A stretch of 20,601 nt of DNA, taken from a bacterium. GTDB taxonomy: Bacteria; RBG-13-61-14; DATKZS01. The DNA lies in contig JAWOBU010000194.1 of assembly GCA_046484135.1 (NCBI GenBank), positions 1-20,601 of the forward strand. Reading direction: 5' to 3'. The notes beneath the pieces were generated by a model, which was not told the DNA's origin, ran no database searches, and saw only the letters and a program-made list of their open reading frames with translations. A program made the translations under genes and the position numbers. The number at the start of each line of letters is the position of its first letter. The stretch's first letter is position 1. Below, in pieces: positions 17,527 through 20,601 of the stretch.

Positions 17527-19452
17527 TTACCTCCAATGCTCCAGTTGAGAGCGGAGCACGCTTATGGAAATCAGCATAAAAACCAGATAAACGCAGATGG
17601 CGGCAAGCGACGCTCCGCCGATCCCCCCGCTGTAGAGGGCATGCGGAAAGGGCCAGACCAACAGCCCGGAAAGTAGACCTGCTCCTGTCAAGGCCGCCAC
17701 CGCGAACAGGAACACTCCCCCGCCGGTGAATCCCATCAGAAGCTGACCGCTGCCCGGCGCGACCACCGACAGGGTAAATGCAATCCGGCGCCAGCGGTCC
17801 TTGTACTTTTGCACCCGGGAGCGCTTCTGCATCTTTACCTGCAGGTCCACTCCGCTATGGGAGCGAAACACGCTGTAGCACTGGGCGCAGATAATCGGGT
17901 CCTTTGATGGAAGGTGGCATCTCATGCACATGGGCTTTCCGCAGGAGGCGCACCGTCTCGCAAGCCGGGTCCGGTTTTTTATCATCCTGGTTACGTTCAT
18001 GAGGACGAGCCCTGCCAGGCATACTGCCAGAAAGGGCATGCCGCGGCCCGGAAGGTTTCCCATCCACTTTTTCCAGGTGGCGTTAATGACCGCGGCGTCT
18101 TCCGGGGTAAGCTCCCGGGCCCGCTCCCATACCAGGGAAGCCGGCACTTTCATGGGCAGGAAGAACCTGTTCAATCGGAACTCCCGGGTGGCCCTTTTGG
18201 AGAGCCGGGACAGGTCCCCTTCCGGCAGCTCCAGCACCCGGTTCGTGTAGCTGTTTCGCTGGGACTCATTATTGGCGGCCAGGTGGTACTGGGCAAGGTT
18301 GAAGTAGACCTTTGCCCGGGAAGGACCGGACTTGTCCGCCTGGACAAGAGTATCACGGGCCGCTTCCCGTTTGCCCGCGGCAAAGTAAATCTCGGCCAGG
18401 TTGTTCAAGGCGGCCTGCATGGTCCTCTGGTCTTGCAGGGATTTCTTATAGAGCTCCTTTGCGTCGCCCGCGCTTTTGATCTTGCCTCTTTTGATGCTCT
18501 GTCTTGCATGGACAAAAGAGAAAAGGGTGCTCTCCGGTCGGGACTCCATGGCGTTTTGGATGAGCTGGTAATCGCCGGGCTCCGGTACTCCGTTCCTGGC
18601 CCGGATCACGGCCTGGAGGGGCTCGTCCGCCCGCATGGCCGCCATGACCCCGTAGTTCTGCACGAAAAAGCCCATGGACAAAAGAGCTGTAAACCATAGG
18701 TAGACAAGCGCCCTCTCTCCGTTCGTCATGTACAGGGAGAAGACAAGAAGTATCCAGGCCAGGAGCCACCACACCCATAGTCCCGCGGCCAGGGGTAAAA
18801 GCAGGCCCACCAGCAGCAGAGGCCCCCACATCCAGGCAGGAAGGCTCTCGCGAGGAAAGATGTCCCCGAAGTCGTGGAGCAGCAATGGCAGGTATCTGCA
18901 GCAGGCCGTAACGGCCAGCATCACACCCATAATGAAAAGAAACAGCGGCGGCACCGCGCAAAGCCGGGCGTACAGCCGGGAAGCGGTGTTGAAGTCCTGG
19001 TAGAGCTTCCGGGCGCCTGACCAGTAGTGGGAGGCCGCCTTAAAGGGATTTATTTCACCGCCCCCCAGGTAATAACGACCCGCTGCGAACTCGACCTCTG
19101 CCGACAGCGGAGAGAGCAGAGTCGCCGAGCTCAAAAGCCACTTCTGGATTTCGGGGTGTCCTTGTTCGCCCAGGTCGTCTGCCCACTCGATCATGACCAG
19201 GGACAGAACAGGAAAATCTCCCAGGTCGCCTTCCCACTTCTTGTCCAGGACCGTTTGGAAGCTCTCTTTGGCGCGGGCCAGGTCAAGCTTGTCCGCCGTC
19301 ATGACGGAGCGGAAGCTCTGCCAGTTCTCTTGCACCTCCTGCCGGGCCTGCTCCGGGGTGATGACCTTGACCGCTCCCGACCGGGCGGAGGCATCCAAAG
19401 AAATCAGTGCCGGCAGAATGAGGATTACGGCGTATAAAAACTTCCGGATCAT
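17527..19452 (-). CDS. Membrane protein with signal peptide, TPR-like repeats and a Cys-rich Zn-finger-like motif
   Basis: Start inferred at ATG 19452 (MIRKFLYAVILILPALISLDASA, signal-like). TM clusters, ALNNLAEIYF and VYFNLAQYHL TPR-like segments, CASCGKPMCMRC...ICAQC. Confidence 0.75.
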   Translation of the reverse strand: MIRKFLYAVILILPALISLDASARSGAVKVITPEQARQEVQENWQSFRSVMTADKLDLARAKESFQTVLDKKWEGDLGDFPVLSLVMIEWADDLGEQGHPEIQKWLLSSATLLSPLSAEVEFAAGRYYLGGGEINPFKAASHYWSGARKLYQDFNTASRLYARLCAVPPLFLFIMGVMLAVTACCRYLPLLLHDFGDIFPRESLPAWMWGPLLLVGLLLPLAAGLWVWWLLAWILLVFSLYMTNGERALVYLWFTALLSMGFFVQNYGVMAAMRADEPLQAVIRARNGVPEPGDYQLIQNAMESRPESTLFSFVHARQSIKRGKIKSAGDAKELYKKSLQDQRTMQAALNNLAEIYFAAGKREAARDTLVQADKSGPSRAKVYFNLAQYHLAANNESQRNSYTNRVLELPEGDLSRLSKRATREFRLNRFFLPMKVPASLVWERARELTPEDAAVINATWKKWMGNLPGRGMPFLAVCLAGLVLMNVTRMIKNRTRLARRCASCGKPMCMRCHLPSKDPIICAQCYSVFRSHSGVDLQVKMQKRSRVQKYKDRWRRIAFTLSVVAPGSGQLLMGFTGGGVFLFAVAALTGAGLLSGLLVWPFPHALYSGGIGGASLAAICVYLVFMLISISVLRSQLEHWR

Positions 19453-19781
19453 GATACGGCACCGATACTCCCTGAAGAATCGTTGGAGCGTTCTTGCGCT
19501 CTTTCCTTTCAGAAGTTTCGAAAAAGCAACCGTTAACGTGATAGCTTTATCATACCAGCCTTTTGCAGGCAAATCATGGTACGGCTGTGGGCCTGCGACA
19601 TGAAAGCCGGAGCCATTGCGGACTCGGCGAGCTGTAAGCTTGGGGGCGGACCGGATAAGAGATTGCCGGGAGGAAAAAATGGTCTCTCTTCGGTGTTCGC
19701 ATAAAAACGGGCAGAAGGGGGAGATGTCCGATGGATGATGAGTGTAGAAACATTTTTTCCTCCCCGGACAAAAAGTATCAT

Positions 19782-19871
19782 AGCATAATCCGCTTGAGAG
19801 CTTGTCAAGGGCGCCCAAAGGGCGCCGCGCGGAGCGCGGGTATGCCCCTTGACAAGCCAGCGGATTATGCT
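19782..19871. repeat. Nested inverted-repeat element (13-bp and 12-bp stems topped by two hairpins)
   Basis: AGCATAATCCGCT/AGCGGATTATGCT and GCTTGTCAAGGG/CCCTTGACAAGC, enclosing GGCGCCC-AAA-GGGCGCC and CCGCGC-GGA-GCGCGG. Confidence 0.8.
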
Positions 19872-19989
19872 TTCCGGTGCGCCCCCAAGCGGGTTCGGCA
19901 CTATGCCCCCAAATGCTTAATTTTTGCCCCCCCCTTTCATGTCGCAGATAGCCGGCCCGCACTGTGGCTCAACTGCAGTCGCACTTTAC

Positions 19990-20601
19990 TTACCGGTCCA
20001 TGTAGACCATGCTGACCGAGCACTTTTGTACTCCCGGCACCTGGGAGACGAGCTCCTCCACTTTCTTCTTGACCGCTTCTTCCTGGTCGTAGAGCCCTTC
20101 CATCTTTACGTTCACGTTTCCCTTTTCCGCGAAAACCTCGGCGTCCGGGAACTTTTCCACCAGCCGGACCTTGGCTTCGGCCGCCAAGAGCATGTCTTCC
20201 ACTGCCTGGCGAGAGGCATCGGTGGACTGGAACTGTTCTTTCTGCACGGCTTCACAGATCAGATCCACGGCATCCTCCGTGCCAAGCTTTTTTATATGGA
20301 GCACCATATCGTAGATGGAGGGGTCCTGCGGGTCCATGTTGTAAAGTTGCATGCTCCACTTTCTTCTCTCTTCGTCGTCCTTTTTAAGAAGGTTCTTGGC
20401 TTTGTCAAAGGGGATGCCTTCCCGTTCCGACTCCAACTGGGCCCGGTCATCCATGTCCGCCAGGATGCGGACCTTGAGAAGGTGTGAGAGACCCTCCAGG
20501 AAAAAGTGGCCCGCAAGACCATGGTAGATCACGTTGTCCTCCTTGACCCGCTCCAGCAGGGCATACCTAAAGTAGGACACGTACCTCTTTCGGCTCGAAC
20601 C
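19990..20601 (-). CDS. Cytidylate kinase-like family protein with a BON-like C-terminus (5' end outside the window)
   Basis: The frame is open to the window edge. NVIYHGLAGHFFL, LKVRILA, DDEERRKW and DPSIYDMVL, then a short BON-like C-terminus ending VPGVQKCSV. Confidence 0.8.
   Translation of the reverse strand, partial: GSSRKRYVSYFRYALLERVKEDNVIYHGLAGHFFLEGLSHLLKVRILADMDDRAQLESEREGIPFDKAKNLLKKDDEERRKWSMQLYNMDPQDPSIYDMVLHIKKLGTEDAVDLICEAVQKEQFQSTDASRQAVEDMLLAAEAKVRLVEKFPDAEVFAEKGNVNVKMEGLYDQEEAVKKKVEELVSQVPGVQKCSVSMVYMDR

Noticed and set aside
19453..19962. 170-aa N-terminal extension of the TPR protein in the ORF track
   Set aside because: It does not look like protein, it spans the inverted-repeat element, and a signal peptide begins at ATG 19452.

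Overview
GC-rich bacterial chromosomal window whose gene content and order resemble deltaproteobacterial lineages (inference). Left: obgE-proB and tRNA-Val(CAC). Middle: a divergent HydE/BioB-like radical SAM gene, a small stop-interrupted ORF, a rhomboid-TPR protease, a GT4 glycosyltransferase and an orphan NuoE/NuoF (HydC/HydB-type) pair. Right, minus strand: partial cytidylate-kinase-like gene, TPR/Zn-finger membrane protein, DUF4388 protein, phoH, 7TM-HD phosphohydrolase, ybeY and lnt. The best finding is hidden by the ORF track: the rhomboid gene appears to start at 4032 and contains an in-frame Cys-TGA (4143-4145) followed directly by a hairpin matching a bacterial SECIS. It is therefore a candidate selenocysteine-containing rhomboid protease. 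Also notable are a histone-H1-like basic tail on the NuoE/HydC subunit and several structured intergenic inverted-repeat elements. All family calls come from motif recognition by eye, not from database searches.
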